64,000 nt of DNA from Amoeboaphelidium protococcarum X5 (GCA_023515725.1 JALDTO010000247.1:186001-250000), one strand, 5' to 3'. Shown: positions 26,203 to 42,505, numbered from the stretch's first letter. Program-made: numbers and translations. The notes: a model not told the origin generated them from the letters alone.

Positions 26203-26566
26203 TAAAATGATTAATTGTATGACCACTATGCCACTGCAGAGTTATAAATTAAAATACAATACAATGAGACAGATGAAATCAACACGATTTTGAAAGATTG
26301 AAACGGGAAAAGATTGAGCGACGCGTCGTTGGGAGTGACGCGAGAAATGGTCTCTCTCTCTAAGCCGGCCTGCCGACCTGGGTAGCATTAACTGTAGAGG
26401 GTGGCAGTGGCAGCCTCATATCATACGGAGAAGGGATAAAGTAAAAAAATGCTCTTAAAGCCTGCAAGCCAAAGTCAAAATTTAAAGTTTACAACAATCT
26501 GAAGTCAGATATAGACCACAAAAATTTTATCTTGCCTCACTAAGATTAAATTTCACAAACGACAAA

Positions 26567-28591
26567 TCAGCGACGTACCTTAACAGCGCGGTATAGACCA
26601 ATATAGGCGAAAATGAGCAACGCGACGAGTAATCCAGTTAGAATTAGCAGATCCAGATCAACAGTGCGAGCATCATCCAATCCTAGTTTCGACAACGCCT
26701 GTTCGCCAGTAATCAAAGTATTCCCCGCCTCATCTTGGTACTTCCAACCAATGTACTCATTCTTCATCAGAGCGTGGAATCCGTACTTCATTGGAGACAA
26801 GTATTCTATCCAGATGAAATACACAGGCACCGAGGAAGTATTTACAAATAAGCCAGCAAAAGTCATGGCCGGCATCAAGATAATTGGTACAATGGCAAGG
26901 GCAACGTTGATGTCATTGAAAGCACAAGCTGCGAATATGCCAATTGTCTGTCCGACATTAGCCAGAATGATGAGGGTCAGAGCAAATATGAAGAACCTTT
27001 AAACATCAGCACAATCCCAGAACACTGTGAAGTACATCAGCACAGCCTACAGCAAAGGGAAGAAGATTTAAAATGGGAGATCAACCAAAATCTTACTCAA
27101 AAAGTACGCAGGTAAGGAGTAGTACCTATTGCTAAACTCCCGATAGAAAACCAACTTCTCATTACTAAAGATGGTGAGGATACCAAAGGCGTACATCATG
27201 ATCATATTCGCCACGATAAAGAAGAGGGCACCAGGACGATTCTGCAACTGCTAGTCCAATGTTCTAGTGTCTATGCGCCAGTAAATGCTGCCAAGCAGGA
27301 GAGATATGAACAAAACTTGAACCAGCTTAACATTAAATAGAAGAGGATTCCTCATGACATTCAGAAATGCTCTCTTGAACAGAAACTTGAATTGGGTAAA
27401 GAATGAAGTTGCAAACTTGTTGCCCTTGACCGCCTCAGCCAACGTATCACTGGATTACGCACTAGAGTCATAATCTCCGTCATCATCCACTCTTGAGCCA
27501 ATCGAATTAAATCGCATCTCCTTAGTGCGACCTTGAGATTAAGAACTCTAAGACTTGACATGCTTCTTCCAAGAATCCAGCAAAAATTGCTTCCTCTCTC
27601 CTACAGTCTTAAACTGAGGCAACTTGTCATCATATTGCCGCTTATCGTTCAGCACTTGCATGAATATGAAATCAGCAGGATTGACGTACTTTGGACACGT
27701 ATAGCCCAGATTCTCAAAATAGTCCACCACCTTATTCACAGGACCGTCATATACCACGCGACCTTCTTCCAGCAAAAACAGATCATCGAATAGCATAAAT
27801 ATGTCAGAATTAGGCTAATGAATCGTGGTGATGATGGTACGATCTTTGGCGAGCAACTTTAACTGCTCCACGACATTAAAAGCGGTGAAGCTATCCAGAC
27901 CGCTGGTGGGCTCATCGATGAACAATACCTGTGGATTGATAACTAGCTCCATAGCCAGAGCTGTGCGCTTAGACTCTCCACCAGATATATTCTTGATCTT
28001 GGTATTGGCGGTATGAGTAAGATTCAGCATGGACAAGACATCATCCACAATACGCTCCTTCTCCCCTATGCCGACAGATTCGGGTAGACGCAGCTGAGCA
28101 CTCATCAGCACTGCCTCCCTGACCGTCTGAGTCTCCATCATAAGATCATTCTAATATACGTAGCCAGCCAACTTTCTCAGATCGCCACTACTCGTTTTCT
28201 GGCCATTGATCAGAACGTGTCCACCAGTCTTTGCGCCACTAACGTTAATTTCATCAGCGAGAACGTTCAACAATGACGTTTTGCCGCTACCAGATGGGCC
28301 CATCACAGCCACCAGTCTGGAGTGCCGGAATCGGCCACTAACATTGCTCAAGATCTGCTTGTCAATTTTCACCTTTTTGTTCTATTTCATTCTAGCAATG
28401 AAGCCAGTGTCGAAAGACTCAGATACACCACCACCATTCTATTCGACATCCTTCAAGAACTTATTGTCTGGCGCGACATCCTTTGCTTTCACCTTGACTG
28501 GTATCGTTAAATTGATATCGCGGAACGTCAGATCAATCGGGTTCTTCTACTTACACTATTAGCCACCTAGTAAAGGTTCAGTGTCCTGCAT
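26567..28591 (-). CDS. ABCG (white-family) half transporter
   Basis: MGPSGSGKTSLLN, ISGGESKR, FIDEPTSGLDS, TIHQP, NPADF, C-terminal TM domain. Confidence 0.93.
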
Positions 28592-28831
28592 TTTATTTTA
28601 AAGTTTTATGAATAATAATTACTCAGGATATCCCCGCTGCAATAAAGAAAGAGGTGAGCATCCACAAAATGCGGCAATTTAGATGGAGGGATTCAAAGTG
28701 AAGATTGCGTAATACCGCGTGATTCCGCGTGCTTTTCTGCGATTGTTTGTTTGATTTTCAAAAAGAATGACGCGCGCTGTGTCGTTGCTTGTTAATTAGA
28801 GGCTGCAATAGAAAAAAATAGTGAATTAGTC

Positions 28832-29863
28832 ATGTCGGATCTGATATTTAAAAAGTCTGGCATTCTAGCGGTGTATAAACCGAAAAGTATTCTTTCTGGA
28901 GATGTAGTTAATTTTGTAAAGTAGATTCTGACTCACCTTAGGTAAAAGCATGAGTAAACAGACAATTAGTTGCAGGATAATGCGCGGAACAAGTATGGTT
29001 ATAATAGAAAGAGAAAAAGAGCAGATCAATAGTTTGATATGCCCACTGTGGAAAGCCTTCAACAATTTGACGCTTCGCCGGAATCTTCAACTGTCGCCGT
29101 GTAGAAGAAGAGAGTATATTGGCCTTATGGTGATCTGAAAGTGGGACATGGTGGCACTCTTGACCCGATGGCATGTGGCGTTCTGATTGTGGGTATCAAT
29201 AAAGGAACTAAGCTTTTAAATTAATTTCTGAATGGCGACGCGTGTAAAAAGACTTATATTGCTGATATAAAGTTTGGAACTGCGACTGATACGTATGATA
29301 GCTCAGGATCTACTACAGAAACTAAATCATTCGATCATATCACAAAGGATGCTATTGAATCTGCTCTTAAGAAACACTTTGCTGGTGATATTATGTAGAA
29401 GCCACCTATATACTCATCATTGAAAGTGGACGGCAAGAGGATGCATGCAATCGCTCGTGATCAGTCCACAGAAGAATCTAAGCGACTGATTTAGGATACA
29501 CTAGATTCAATATTAGCGCGACCTGTGCACATCTTTTAGTCCAAGCTGCTATCTTTTGATTCTGAATATGGCACTTGCAAGATTGAAGTCGAATGTGGCG
29601 GTGGTACTTATATTCGATCTATAGTGCACGATCTCGGTCATTTGCTTGATTCATGTGCGCATATGACAGGATTAGAGAGAACGTAACAAGGTCCTTTTAA
29701 CACGTCTGGCGATTCTGTGCTCAGATTGGAAGACTTGTTAGATTTGGCCAAATTTGATCTTTACATGTCTGATGAAAGTATTCAAGAGAAAGTTGGTGAG
29801 TACTTTGAGACGCTACGTATTACGTCTGATAAGAACCCCAGCGAAGAGGTCAAGTCAGAATGA
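28832..29863 (+). CDS. PUS4: tRNA pseudouridine-55 synthase (TruB/Pus4)
   Basis: [56 protein letters not shown]. Confidence 0.92.
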
Positions 29864-30164
29864 TTAAAATAAAACTAGTACATTCCGTTTCTTTATCGCT
29901 CCATGTGTTAGTTTCGCATGTTTTGTGAAACTTTTTCCACTCAATCGTTGTTCTTGACGGGCGCCATGGCAACGGGAACTCCTGCTTAAAGAACGAGCGG
30001 CCCGTTTCATGACGATCGCTAGAATTGTTGAAACGCATGCTGTCTCCTTCCATAGTAGCTAAAGCATTCACAGTTCTAACAGTCACTTTGAATATCTCCA
30101 AATTTATCATCATTTGTTCTCAGTGTGTTTTGGCTCTGCTATATCTTTATTCGAATACCTAATT

Positions 30165-33100
30165 ATGACTGATTAGTAGAATACTTTTACATTGAAACGT
30201 AAGCCAGTCCAAGTTCATAGAAAGCCCGTAGCTGAAGTTTGGAGCGATGGTAAATCCTCAGCTGATAGAGCGTAGAATGGTGATGATATCTTATCATCCA
30301 ATGTATCCATCAAAGGGGCTTAAACTAGTACATCAGTATCAATGATGAATAGAGTTAAATCATTGAGACGGCATAGATAGAAAAGTTCAGTTGATACGTA
30401 GAATAGTCTTGTCAAGTCCAGCTCTGAATCGGTGAAATCTTAGTCCGCATCATCTCAACAAAGCGGGAAACCGCCATCGTCTATTGTCAGACATGCTCCT
30501 GTAAGTGGATAGTATTAAACTCAGAATAAGAATATGCTGTTGTGTAATGAGTAATAGATGGATGAATTGCTTGATGAGATGCTTTGTGATATGGCCATTA
30601 CTGATCAGAATCACATCAAGAAAGTCAAAGCCATGTCAAAAGACTCTAAATGGCTTCTGCTTCAATAGCATCATTAGAAAGGATAGCAAATTTAATAGCA
30701 ATTGTAATAACAATAAGTTAATCCTATGAGATCGGCGAAGAAGAGCAATTCCGATATCAACTCTATTGGTTATAATTTGCAAGATTTGTCTCATGGATTA
30801 GTAGACTCCATCATGAAGTTTGGCACGTTGAAGCAGCAGAGTAAAGTGGATAAGAGTACTCCAGAATATTACGCGTAAAGCCTTTAGCGTTATGTCAGCC
30901 TACAATCGCGAGCCACTGACAGTTCATTCACTTCGTTGTTGGTATCTCTAAAGATTGATATAGGATCATAGCCATTAAATTGGCTGTCTTCATTTCTTGC
31001 GTTGAATGGATTAAGGTTATTGCATCAAGTCTCATTACAGAGTGGTGATCAATCTGCCTAAATTGAAGCAGTAAAATGCATGAAGGCTCTAGTCAACAGC
31101 CAATAAGGCATTTAAGAGCTATCTCAATAATGGTGCTTCGACAACTTTGTGGGTATGTTACTGCGGTCATGTCTCTCTGTAAGGAGAATTGTTACCGAGA
31201 TTTTGACTGTGTTGATTTACGCGTACAATGATGATGGAGACTCCAATGTAAAGTTATTCCTCAGTGCGTGTAAGACGTTGATGATATCGCTGAAGGCTCA
31301 ATTTCTATTTGGACCTTGGATCGGGAGCCTCATGTCTATTGTGCAGAATGTCAGTGGTCGTCAGCTATAGGTAAAGCAGTCACTGGTGGCTGGTGTTGGC
31401 TGGATCGGCGAGAACAAGGTGACTGAGCGTGAAGTATAAGATTTTCTTACGTGTAATATGCTTCTCATCAATGGTATAATGAATAATTTGCTGACTGCCT
31501 CTGAGAGAGTATACATAAGGTAGTAGTTTTCTATGGCTCAGCTTAATTAGGTGCTGGTGTAGTTGCATAGTATGGCCATGTCTCACGAAATACTTAGAAG
31601 GTAGTTGGAGCTCTATGATGGCCTTGCTGCAGATGATTTTGAAACCCTTCGTTAGGATTTATTCGGAAATTCTAGCCATGGTGAGACTTCTTTATAACAG
31701 TCACTTGCTTTATTAGCGGAGACTGTGAAAGACGATAATGTAAGTTTGAAGCATTTAGAGAGTATAGTGCTTCTTTTAAAACTAGCTGCTGACGGGGAAC
31801 AAGAGCGGCAGCCAATTTATTAAATGTTAAATTATGTCATATAGCAAGTGGTATTTTGCGGTAAAGGTGTGCAGACCAATTGGTCGAATATGGACATGCA
31901 GTTCAATATGGAGATTGTGATGAAAGAGTTCTAGGCTCAGAGTGATGTTAACAAGTACAAATTTGAGAATGCTCGACTGAAAGCTAAAATTGAGTAGCTC
32001 AAAGGAGAAAAGGTTCTCGTTGTTGCTGGTGCAATAAGGCCTTAAGCCAAGTTGTAGATTAATCAACTGGAGAAGAACCTGTGCGAGATACACTCATTAC
32101 TCCAAATTGATAAGTCTGCTAACGGTGTTGGAAAAGAGTAAAGCCATAACTCGGAAGAGGAAGAATTAGTGGCGAATTATAGGTAAGAGTCTGAAGTTAA
32201 TGCAGTCGTCAAAAGAGACTCTGGTATCGATTCTTTAAAAGGCAGTCAAGGCTATGCGGCAGGACTTTGCAGCACAGACGTGGTAGATGACAACAATACT
32301 ACAACTGACAACGTGGCGACTAATGACAGTCCAGTGCTGGATGCTTTGATGAGTTACATTCCTCCTCCGCCGGTTGCGCCACCATTTGTGCAGAAGCCTC
32401 CAAAGAAGCCACTCTACCTAACCAAGTTGAAGATGAAGTAACTTTAGTGGGAAAAGGTTCCAGCACACGAACTCGATCAGACTCTGTGGAATAATTTGGA
32501 TTCTGCAGGGGAAGACGATATTTGTCGCATACTGACTGAAAACAATTTATTCTAGTATTTGGAGTCTGAATTCGCACAAGTTTCTGGTAAAAGCGCATAA
32601 TTAATATCTTCAGATGAGTCTTTGTTGTCTTAGCGTCAAGATCTAGACGAATTAGAGTCAAAAGTGGCAAAGTCACCAGCCAAGTCACTGTTAGATCCTA
32701 AAAAGTCTTACAATCTTACTATTCTACTCAAGAGGATCAAAGATGTCGATTAATTATTGCTTGCGATAGATATAGTGGATGCAGCGGTAATATCAGAGGT
32801 TTGTGTCAATCAGATTCTGCAATTTCTGCCTTCTAGTGATGAGATTGCCCTCATATCGTCTGTTTAATTGACACACATAAACTCTCTGCCAATAGCTGAT
32901 CAGTTCATGGTTCAGCTTCTTGGTATTTAGAATTATGAGTTAAAGTTGCGAATTATACAACTTAAATTTAGTAATGAGGAATCATTGATGGACATTCAGA
33001 GTGGCCTGGAGATAGTTTAGAGTTCCTTGAAGGAGATTAAAGAGTCGCAATCTTTGAAGCAATTTCTGCAGCTTGTGCTCTCTATCGGCAATGTGATGAA

Positions 33101-33980
33101 TGTGAACAGTTTCCGAGGTGGCGCTTATGGCTTTAAAATTTCTGCGCTTTAATCTCTATTGCACACATAGTCGATTAGATCCAATGACTGGACTATGTTG
33201 CATTTCATACTGGATATTGCTAGTCGTCATTACCCTTCTGCATTGGAATTTTTGAATCAGCTGGATAGCTTACATGAGGCCTGTAGGATATCAGTGTCAG
33301 TGATTGTACAGAATTTCAAGTCTATGTATCAGAGCGTGTCAATGCTTCATTCTCAATGTAGTAAACTGGTAAACAGTAATTGCCTCGACTCTGGACAGGA
33401 TGACGAGGTTTTGCATCGGTAACTATAGTTTCTCTCTGACATTGAGTCTCAGCTTAGTTCTATCAAGCCAGAGTATGATAGTCTCGAGTAGACGATTAGT
33501 CAATTCCTTACGTGGCTAGGAGAGGATCCGAGAAATTGCACATGGGAATCTGTTGCAAAAGAGTTGTCAACCTTTGTGCTAACAGCCAAAAGAGTTCTTT
33601 AATCTGTACAAGATAAGTAGCAGTCATAATAAGTGCAAAAGTTATCCGCATCCTCTGATGATGATGTAGTTTCCACTACTAAATACAATAGACTTGGAAA
33701 TGAAGAGCTTTCTGCATAATTCAGTAGTCTCAAGTAGTAGTTGCCTGTTAGAGAACGCCAGCAGTCTGTGAATTTAATGGACAGTATTCTGGAGCAGCTG
33801 AAACTCGGTCTCGATCCTTCATCTCTCATACCTGGACAACAGAAGGACATGCCTCAGCTACAACGGCGGCCAATCGGACAATCAGTCTAGTACGATTCTT
33901 CAAGTGAGCGGCGTAGAATATCCGTAAGTTAACACGCTCTCTAGGCAGCAGAGTTATTATCTCAACTAGATGCCATCTGA
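30165..33980 (+). CDS. Diaphanous-related formin (GBD/FH3, minimal FH1, FH2, DAD)
   Basis: KMKQLQWEKV, LLDPKKSYNLTILL, LSIGNVMN..FRGGAYGFKIS, LGEDP, LMDSILEQLK. Confidence 0.88.
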
Positions 33981-34090
33981 TAAAGATGATGATGATATAT
34001 TCAAAAGTCATTCTTGTATGAAAGTTGAAAACATTAAAATATAAATCTCCTTTAGTAAAAAAGTATTCCACAATAGTCAAATTCAAAAGT

Positions 34091-35425
34091 TCACTTTCCA
34101 AAGATACCAGTCTTCTTTAGCTTAATCTTTCCACCGCTGTCCTAGGTGGTCGAGTTTCCTATTGCCGCAGCTCCTCTGCCAGCCTCCAATCTTCTCTTCT
34201 TCTCCTCCAGCTCGGCGCGCTTTCTCTCAATAGCCTCACGACTCTCGCGGTGCTTCGTATACAACTCTTCTTCATTGGCACGCATCTTGGCTTCCTTCTC
34301 CGCCACTTTAGCCTCAAACACCTGCTTCATCTCAGCCTCCAACTTGGCAATCTTGGCCTCATGCGCAGCACGCTCCTCCTCAAACTTCAACATTGGATTC
34401 ACCTAACCTTGAGCATTAAATGTGCCATTAGAACCCGTCTGACTCAATTTTTAGGTTCTATACTGCTCATACAACACGGAACTGGTCACCTCTTTCATCT
34501 CCTCCATGTGGCTTCTGATCAGCATCTGACGCAGCTTCACAAAATCATTGTGCTTCTCATTATCCACCTCAACCACTCCCCATGGATATTATCGACCGCG
34601 AACCTTCTTGCCATTCACATCAATCTCTTTCGTGCTTCCCACAACGGCAAACGGGATTCTACTGACCAAGTCCTTAACCTCAGCCTGAGTCTCAGCGTCA
34701 TCATACGGACCAACTGTGGGCGTGTAAATTTAAATACCATTCTCATTAATTCCATCCATGATGCTCTACTTGAACTAGCTCAACTCTTCATCATTCATAA
34801 TGTCAGACTTGGCAATCACGGGAATCAGATTAACTCTCTAATGCAAAGCTTTCATGCACTCAATATCCAGAGGCTTCAAACTATGGCCACTGGGAGCAAT
34901 AAAGTAGAGGCAAGCATGAATACGATTATCCACAATCTTCTTTCTGTTCACTCGCATCTCCTACTCCAGATACGAGTCGAAGCGTTGCTCAATGTTTTAC
35001 ACAATAGGCACCCAGCACTAGTCATTATTCATATAGTCACCATAGCCAGGAGTATCAATCACAGTCAGCGTTAAGTTCACACTAGCCTCAGTCAAAGTCG
35101 CACTCACAGCCTATATATTAACCGTCTTTGGTATCTCTGCAGACAGTTCCTACTGCTCCTTTTGGGGATACATGTTTGCATTGAACAGAGTATTCACCAG
35201 CGTAGACTTTCCCAGCCCGCTCTCACCAACAACCATCATGGTAAAGTAGAATCCCTTCTTCACAGACTTTCTGTGCACCTAATTTGGAAGATTAGCAAAT
35301 CCAACAAAGCCTTTCAATGCCTTCTTCACAATTGGCTATTAAGAGTCAGAGTCATCATTACCAATGCTAAAACTATTCTACTACTACTACTACTACTAAC
35401 TTGGACTAACGTTTTCTCTATCCAT
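34091..35425 (-). CDS. Septin (Cdc3/SEPT7-like)
   Basis: [49 protein letters not shown]; C-terminal coiled coil; N-terminal poly-Q encoded by TAG repeats. Confidence 0.93.
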
Positions 35426-36208
35426 ACTTGCACTCTTAATTAATATAAGTGTAGACTAAATATTTCCTTAAACAATTTAATATTAAAAAAAGAGAATCCG
35501 ATAATTCCACAAGTAAACGACAATACAAGCTTCAACCTTACTGATGTTTGGCACCAAAGGGAAGAAGAAGAAGTTGAAGAGGTTAATAAAAGGATAGGAA
35601 AGCTGTCAATTTTGAAACTGAATTTCGTCCGCTCGTTGGGACAAGGAAAGAAAAGATTTGTCGAGAGAGGAAACTCAAATAAGGCGATCTGTCTGAATGA
35701 ACAATGCGCCTGGAAAGATTGTGCCGTGATTCGGATCCATTTATTATCGTGTAGTATTTCTATAAAGTATTCCTCATGTATATTGTTTGATTAAAAGTAG
35801 ACGAAATTTGACGTAATCTTTAGATATTTAACCATGGTTAATCTCGCATAAACCATAATGTAAATTACGCTCTGGACTTTTCCTTCTCTTATCACTATTA
35901 ACGTTAAATTTGAAGCCTTTCAAATGATAGTATCGCATTAACTATTATGCTTTGACCTTAATGTACATAGAAAGATGGAAATGTTTCCAAGTACTTCAAA
36001 ATCCTGATTTGTTTCACGCGCGGATCCCGATGAAAGTTTTCTCGTTTCTAAACTGAACGGGAACTACACTGAAGAAACAGAGATCGGCTCAACGAATCTT
36101 TTCTATTCCTTCTTCATTCATCATTTATCTGTAGTATCTCTCTTTGAATTGAGTCGAAGCTTTCCACCTTTATCAATTCAAGTTCTATATATATAATATA
36201 TATAAAGT

Positions 36209-37517
<1,309 letters not shown>

Positions 37518-37636
37518 AGGCTCTTTTAATTCTATAGTGTCTTGACTAATTGATTTAAACACGATCAATAATATTACTGAGAAAAGCATCTCGTTTAACT
37601 TTCACTTGTACTATTGATGAAGGCCTTTCAATTTAT

Positions 37637-39637
37637 TCATACTTCATCCAGAATAGTGTAAGCATATCTAAGGTCAGCATGTTCGTTAAAGTACTCCACC
37701 ATCTCCTTCATGAACTTATCATTGGAGACAGTTTCCGCATCACATATGAGGACTGCTTGATACTTGGCTCGAGTTATGGCCACATTCAAACGTCTCTTTT
37801 CCACCAGGAAGCCGACTTGCTTTTAATCATTACTCCGCACAAGAGACAATATTACAACATCCTTCTCACGGCCTTGGTAGCTGTCAATGGATCCAATCTC
37901 AATCTGAGGATAATCTTGCAACAGCATCCGTTTAAGAAGATGAACCTGAGCATTGTATGGAGAGATGACAGCAATCTACGCCGGATCAACGCCAGCCTCA
38001 GTCAACAACTGTATATGATGAAGCACCAACATGGACTCTCCTTCATTGTACTTGGACTCGCCACCTCCTTTACCACCACTATCATCATCATCAATGCTCT
38101 CATACAAGTGACAATTACTGGTATCATACATTACCAGCGGCGCATTAGTATCTTCATTATCTTGAACTGACTCCAAATCGCATAAAAGCCGTTCCTTTAC
38201 TGAATCATGAGAGATTAATCTACCACCATACATTGAATTAGAACTCCAATCACTAATCACTTGATTCATTCTGTACTAGACATTCAGCATATGCTGGATA
38301 GATTCACCATGTAGCCGGTACAAACGATCATAGATGGTGGTCTCAAGTCCTTCACGAGCCGCTTTTGGACACAAAACAGTCGGTGGTAATTAGTGTGGAT
38401 CACCAGCGAGTATAGCCTTGTCTCCTTTCAACAGAGCTATCCAACACTCTGGCTCCAAGGATTGACTCACTTCATCAATAATCACAAAATCAAACTTTTA
38501 TTACTAAAGCATTTTACTGCCTGCGCCACTCAGTGTGCTGAATACTATCTGACACTGATCCAGGACTGTGGATATCAATTTAGGTTCCCTCTGTCGCAAG
38601 TCTTTACGCAGTGATCTAATCTCATTCTGGATCACCTTTTTATCAGCGTATGACTTCGCTTTAGCTTTCTACTTGAATGCTTTCTCTATATCGACTCTAA
38701 TGTCTTGTACTAATTACCCGCTGTCAGACGTCTTGATAACAGTATCCAGCGCGTATGGTTAAGCATCAGGCAACATTCGACTAGGATGACCGATGCGAAC
38801 AAATTTCAACGTCTTGCCATACTCCCAACTAGCCATGCGCTCCACCAGATTATCAACAGCAACATTAGATGGAGCACAAACCAATAATCTACATTAGGAG
38901 CGAACGACCAGCTGTTTAATAATCTCCAATACAGTTGTAGTTTTGCCCGATCCTGGAGGTCCTAGTATGAGAGCGATTGATTGCGCAGTCAGTGCAAACT
39001 AGATGGCCTCTTTCTAACTTTCATTTAGATTCGAATTAATATATTCAACTGTATTATTATTACTCTATGAGGAAGTAAATAGCGGCTTCTATCCTTCTAT
39101 ACTGAACGCGACTCTAATCAAATCCGAGATTTACTATGTTTGAGACTACTTGAGTATAGATTCCAGAGATTAGAGAGCCTTCTACATTCTGGCATATGAC
39201 ACATCATCAACCAGCTTATTGATGCGATACTTGTTCCCATTGATCTAATCTGATTCTATTTCTCGATCCAATATTAAAGTGATAGATTAGCTATTAACGC
39301 GATGAACCACAGCTCTAAGAGAAGTGGGTTATTTATCGGCTCTCTTCTAACCAGCTCCATCATTACGCGCACTATCTCGATCTAGAAGCTCAACTCTATC
39401 GCCAGGCCTAAATTAATTCTAAGGAAGTTCATGACCAACCATATGATGTTCAAAGTCTATTGTCAACTTTCCACCGAGACCAATACGCTAATTCACAGGC
39501 CGCATGTTCAACAGAGAGATTCCCTTCTTCTATGCTGACTGCGCATCCAACTAATTTAAGTCTTATTACACTTGACTAATCGCATACTCTCGCTCCATTT
39601 CAATTAGCTTCATCATTTTATGCACCACATCCGTCAT
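37637..39637 (-). CDS. IGHMBP2: SF1 helicase IGHMBP2/Hcs1
   Basis: [61 protein letters not shown]. Confidence 0.9.
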
Positions 39638-39791
39638 CTTTTGCAATGCGCTACTTTAGCTCTTACTACTTACTACTAAACTATAACGAAATGAGAAAGT
39701 TGAAGGTTAAGACGAATTCGATCAGTTTGAAGATTAAAGAAAGCCAGCGATATCAAAGTGGACCTGAGATAAAGGGAAAAATAGCAATGTG

Positions 39792-40805
39792 TCATGAATG
39801 TATAATTTAGTGGCTATTTTAGTTCATGTATAAAGTTAAAACCTTTTGGAGCAGTAGAACAACGCGATTATGAGCATCAAAAGTGATCCATTCGTCAGTA
39901 GGGAGTCGCATCCTGTTGATAGCCACCACAGCTCGGCTTGTAGAGGTCAGGAAACACGCATCCCAATCACCACTGCTCTAACGCCAATTCAAGAGTTCAT
40001 ATGTCCACTGGAGAGAGTGTAGTAACTCCATCTCAGGATCAGATAACTGTTGTGATAACTTCACCTAATTACCACCACCATTAGTCTTTTAGTCGTGAGA
40101 ACTGACCGCCTTGAACAGTAAATCTTGCATAGTACCTGGTAGGACGACATCGAGAGGACTAGTAATTATGCGATTACCCAAAATGGCAAAGAAATTACTA
40201 GTTGAGCCTTCGTATACATAATCACCATCATAGAGCAGTATCTCATGACTTGACTGCTCACGACGTACCATCAACTTGTCGCGGTCCTTAATCCATTGGG
40301 TATCTTTCTGTGTGGCATGACTCCTAACTGGACCGCCGACTTCAACTTGAACACCATCAGGAGCACTAACTGTATGCAATTCACTCAAATGAACATGAAG
40401 CTACTATACTTGTTCTGCTGATTACTTTGCTTTAGTAGAGCTCTACATAAACGTAAAGACGGCAATCTTGCACTCGATTTTACGACAATGATAAGGCATA
40501 AGATGAACTTTCAAAATGTCCTCTAAAATTTTAGCTATTTGGGATCTCTGGAATTGACTCTGGTCCAACAGCAGTCTGTCTACATGCATATCCCATTGCA
40601 GAACTCTTTTGGCCTAATCCACGGTCCTCATCACTGTGTACAAGCCGCGGGGAAGTTCCATTGCATAATGCTTAGGATCGTGAGAAGTCCAAATTTCGCT
40701 GCATTCATTAGTATTCGAATTATATGCCAGCACTTGATACTACTTTGATTAGTCATCAATACCAGTAGTAGCACCAGTTGTAGAAACGGCGGAGTTGTTG
40801 CTCAT
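39792..40805 (-). CDS. Aminotransferase class IV-like (PLP fold IV) protein
   Basis: GLYTVMRT, HVDRL, KDTQWIKDR, EGSTSNFF, VLPGT, FLTSTSR. Confidence 0.8.
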
Positions 40806-40937
40806 TGTTAATCTTGCAACTCTATGAGTGACGACACGAGTTGACGCGCAATATCTTCTCACTTATAACGATAATAGTCGAAATTTAAGGAGAGGAGCGG
40901 CAGTACTGAAAGCCACTAATTGACGCCATCCACTGCA

Positions 40938-41578
40938 ATGTTTAGGATAAATGGAATAGCTCATGTGCTCTATGAATAAGTTGATTTCAATGTAGATGTA
41001 GATGATTACTTTGACTCTGAATCTGAACTTTAGCTTCAACATCAACTGCATGGAATAGTGATACATCTACCGTCGCGTCGAATTTACACGTTACATGGTA
41101 CGCGTAAGATTTATTTAAATTGTTGTAATACTTATATTTGAGTAATATCATATTATTGTTATCTACATATGTAGTCGTTAAACCTCCTAAGGATTATGAG
41201 TTGAATTGGTGCACTTTGCATAAGCACTAGAATCAGTTCTGTAATGGCAAAGGCAGTGGCTGTGAAACGCGACAAGTTGATTGCCCATTATTTTACCACA
41301 TGTCTGTCCTTCTACAGGATGGTTCATTACTGGCTGCTATTGACAATGTTGAAAGAGAATCTCTGGTAAATGATGCAATTAGTTTATCATCATCATAATC
41401 TAGTAAGTGTGTCTCATAAGAGTTCAAGTTTATTACTCAGTATATGAAAGTGAATTTGGAAGCAAAGAATCTAGTCTAGAAGTACTTTTCTCATTTAAAG
41501 CCCATGGCTAATCCAATTGTCTGCGTTGGGCAGATTGAAATTAACATCCCAAATGTGAATAATGATAAAGTTAAATGA
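40938..41578 (+). CDS. Hypothetical protein, one intron
   Basis: Frame is preserved across GT-AG intron 41098-41174 and ends in TGA. Confidence 0.45.
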
Positions 41579-41710
41579 ATAAATGTTTAATATTGTACCA
41601 TTTTATCTATCTATATCATCTCATGTGTATATATTCTCTCTTCATGTCAAAACTAATCATCTGGTAAAGTACTAAGGCGGCGTTACATCCCAGCTGTATG
41701 GCAACGGAAT

Positions 41711-42223
41711 TCAAAAAGCCATCATGGATTGGCGCGCACCTGCCATAGATCCAGAGCGAGAGGCACTGCTCTTCTAATGAGGACCACGAACGCCAGGTAT
41801 ATGCTTCCTCATAGCGCCACCGTGGGTCCAGCTTGGGCGTTGAGAAGGATAAACAGGCATGGGCTTATAAGATTTCTAATCTATCGTTTCTTAAGCATTT
41901 CTCCATGCAGAGTCAAACTTCATTGCTACAGGATCCAACTTTTTGTACTGAGAGTACGCGTCCATTGCGCGCGCGTGCAAATCTGCATCATCAGGATTAC
42001 TCAGAGCCTCTTGGTATGCATCATAATACTTGCGATTAGCGCGCATTGCCTTGTGCATCAGATTAGCATTATAGCCGTCGGGCATTGACTCCATGCTAAC
42101 ATCATCATTCTCAGTTTAAGGCAAAGCAAAATCTTCAATATCAGATTCAGGGAAATCGTTTCCAAAAGGTGCAGCGAATGCAAGAGAAATCAAAGACACT
42201 ACAGACAGGAATTAAAGTTTCAT
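41711..42223 (-). CDS. Secreted 170-aa hypothetical protein
   Basis: Signal peptide MKLQFLSVVSLISLAFA-AP; open to TGA. Confidence 0.7.
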
Positions 42224-42505
42224 AATTGTTATTGTTCTTGGTATTATGATCGCTTGATTTAGTCTTATTGATCCACAAGTGCAAAATAGAAAAACTGCTG
42301 ATCACCGTGGGAAATTTATCGATTTTGATACCCCTCCCTGTTCACGGAGTATTACAGTAACACGCGACTAACGAGATCACGTGCTGTCTGGTCGTCGAGT
42401 TCCGAAACAGTTGTCAAAAATTAAGTCACTTATAAAACTACTTTACTATTAAAAATGATACTACCATTACTTTTGTATATACAATGACTAATCATTCAAC
42501 CATGA

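Noticed and set aside
34250-35074. 274-aa plus-strand ORF, and similar long ORFs at 47133-47942 and 19640-20179
   Set aside because: Antisense shadows of the septin, thiolase and DUF4449-type genes
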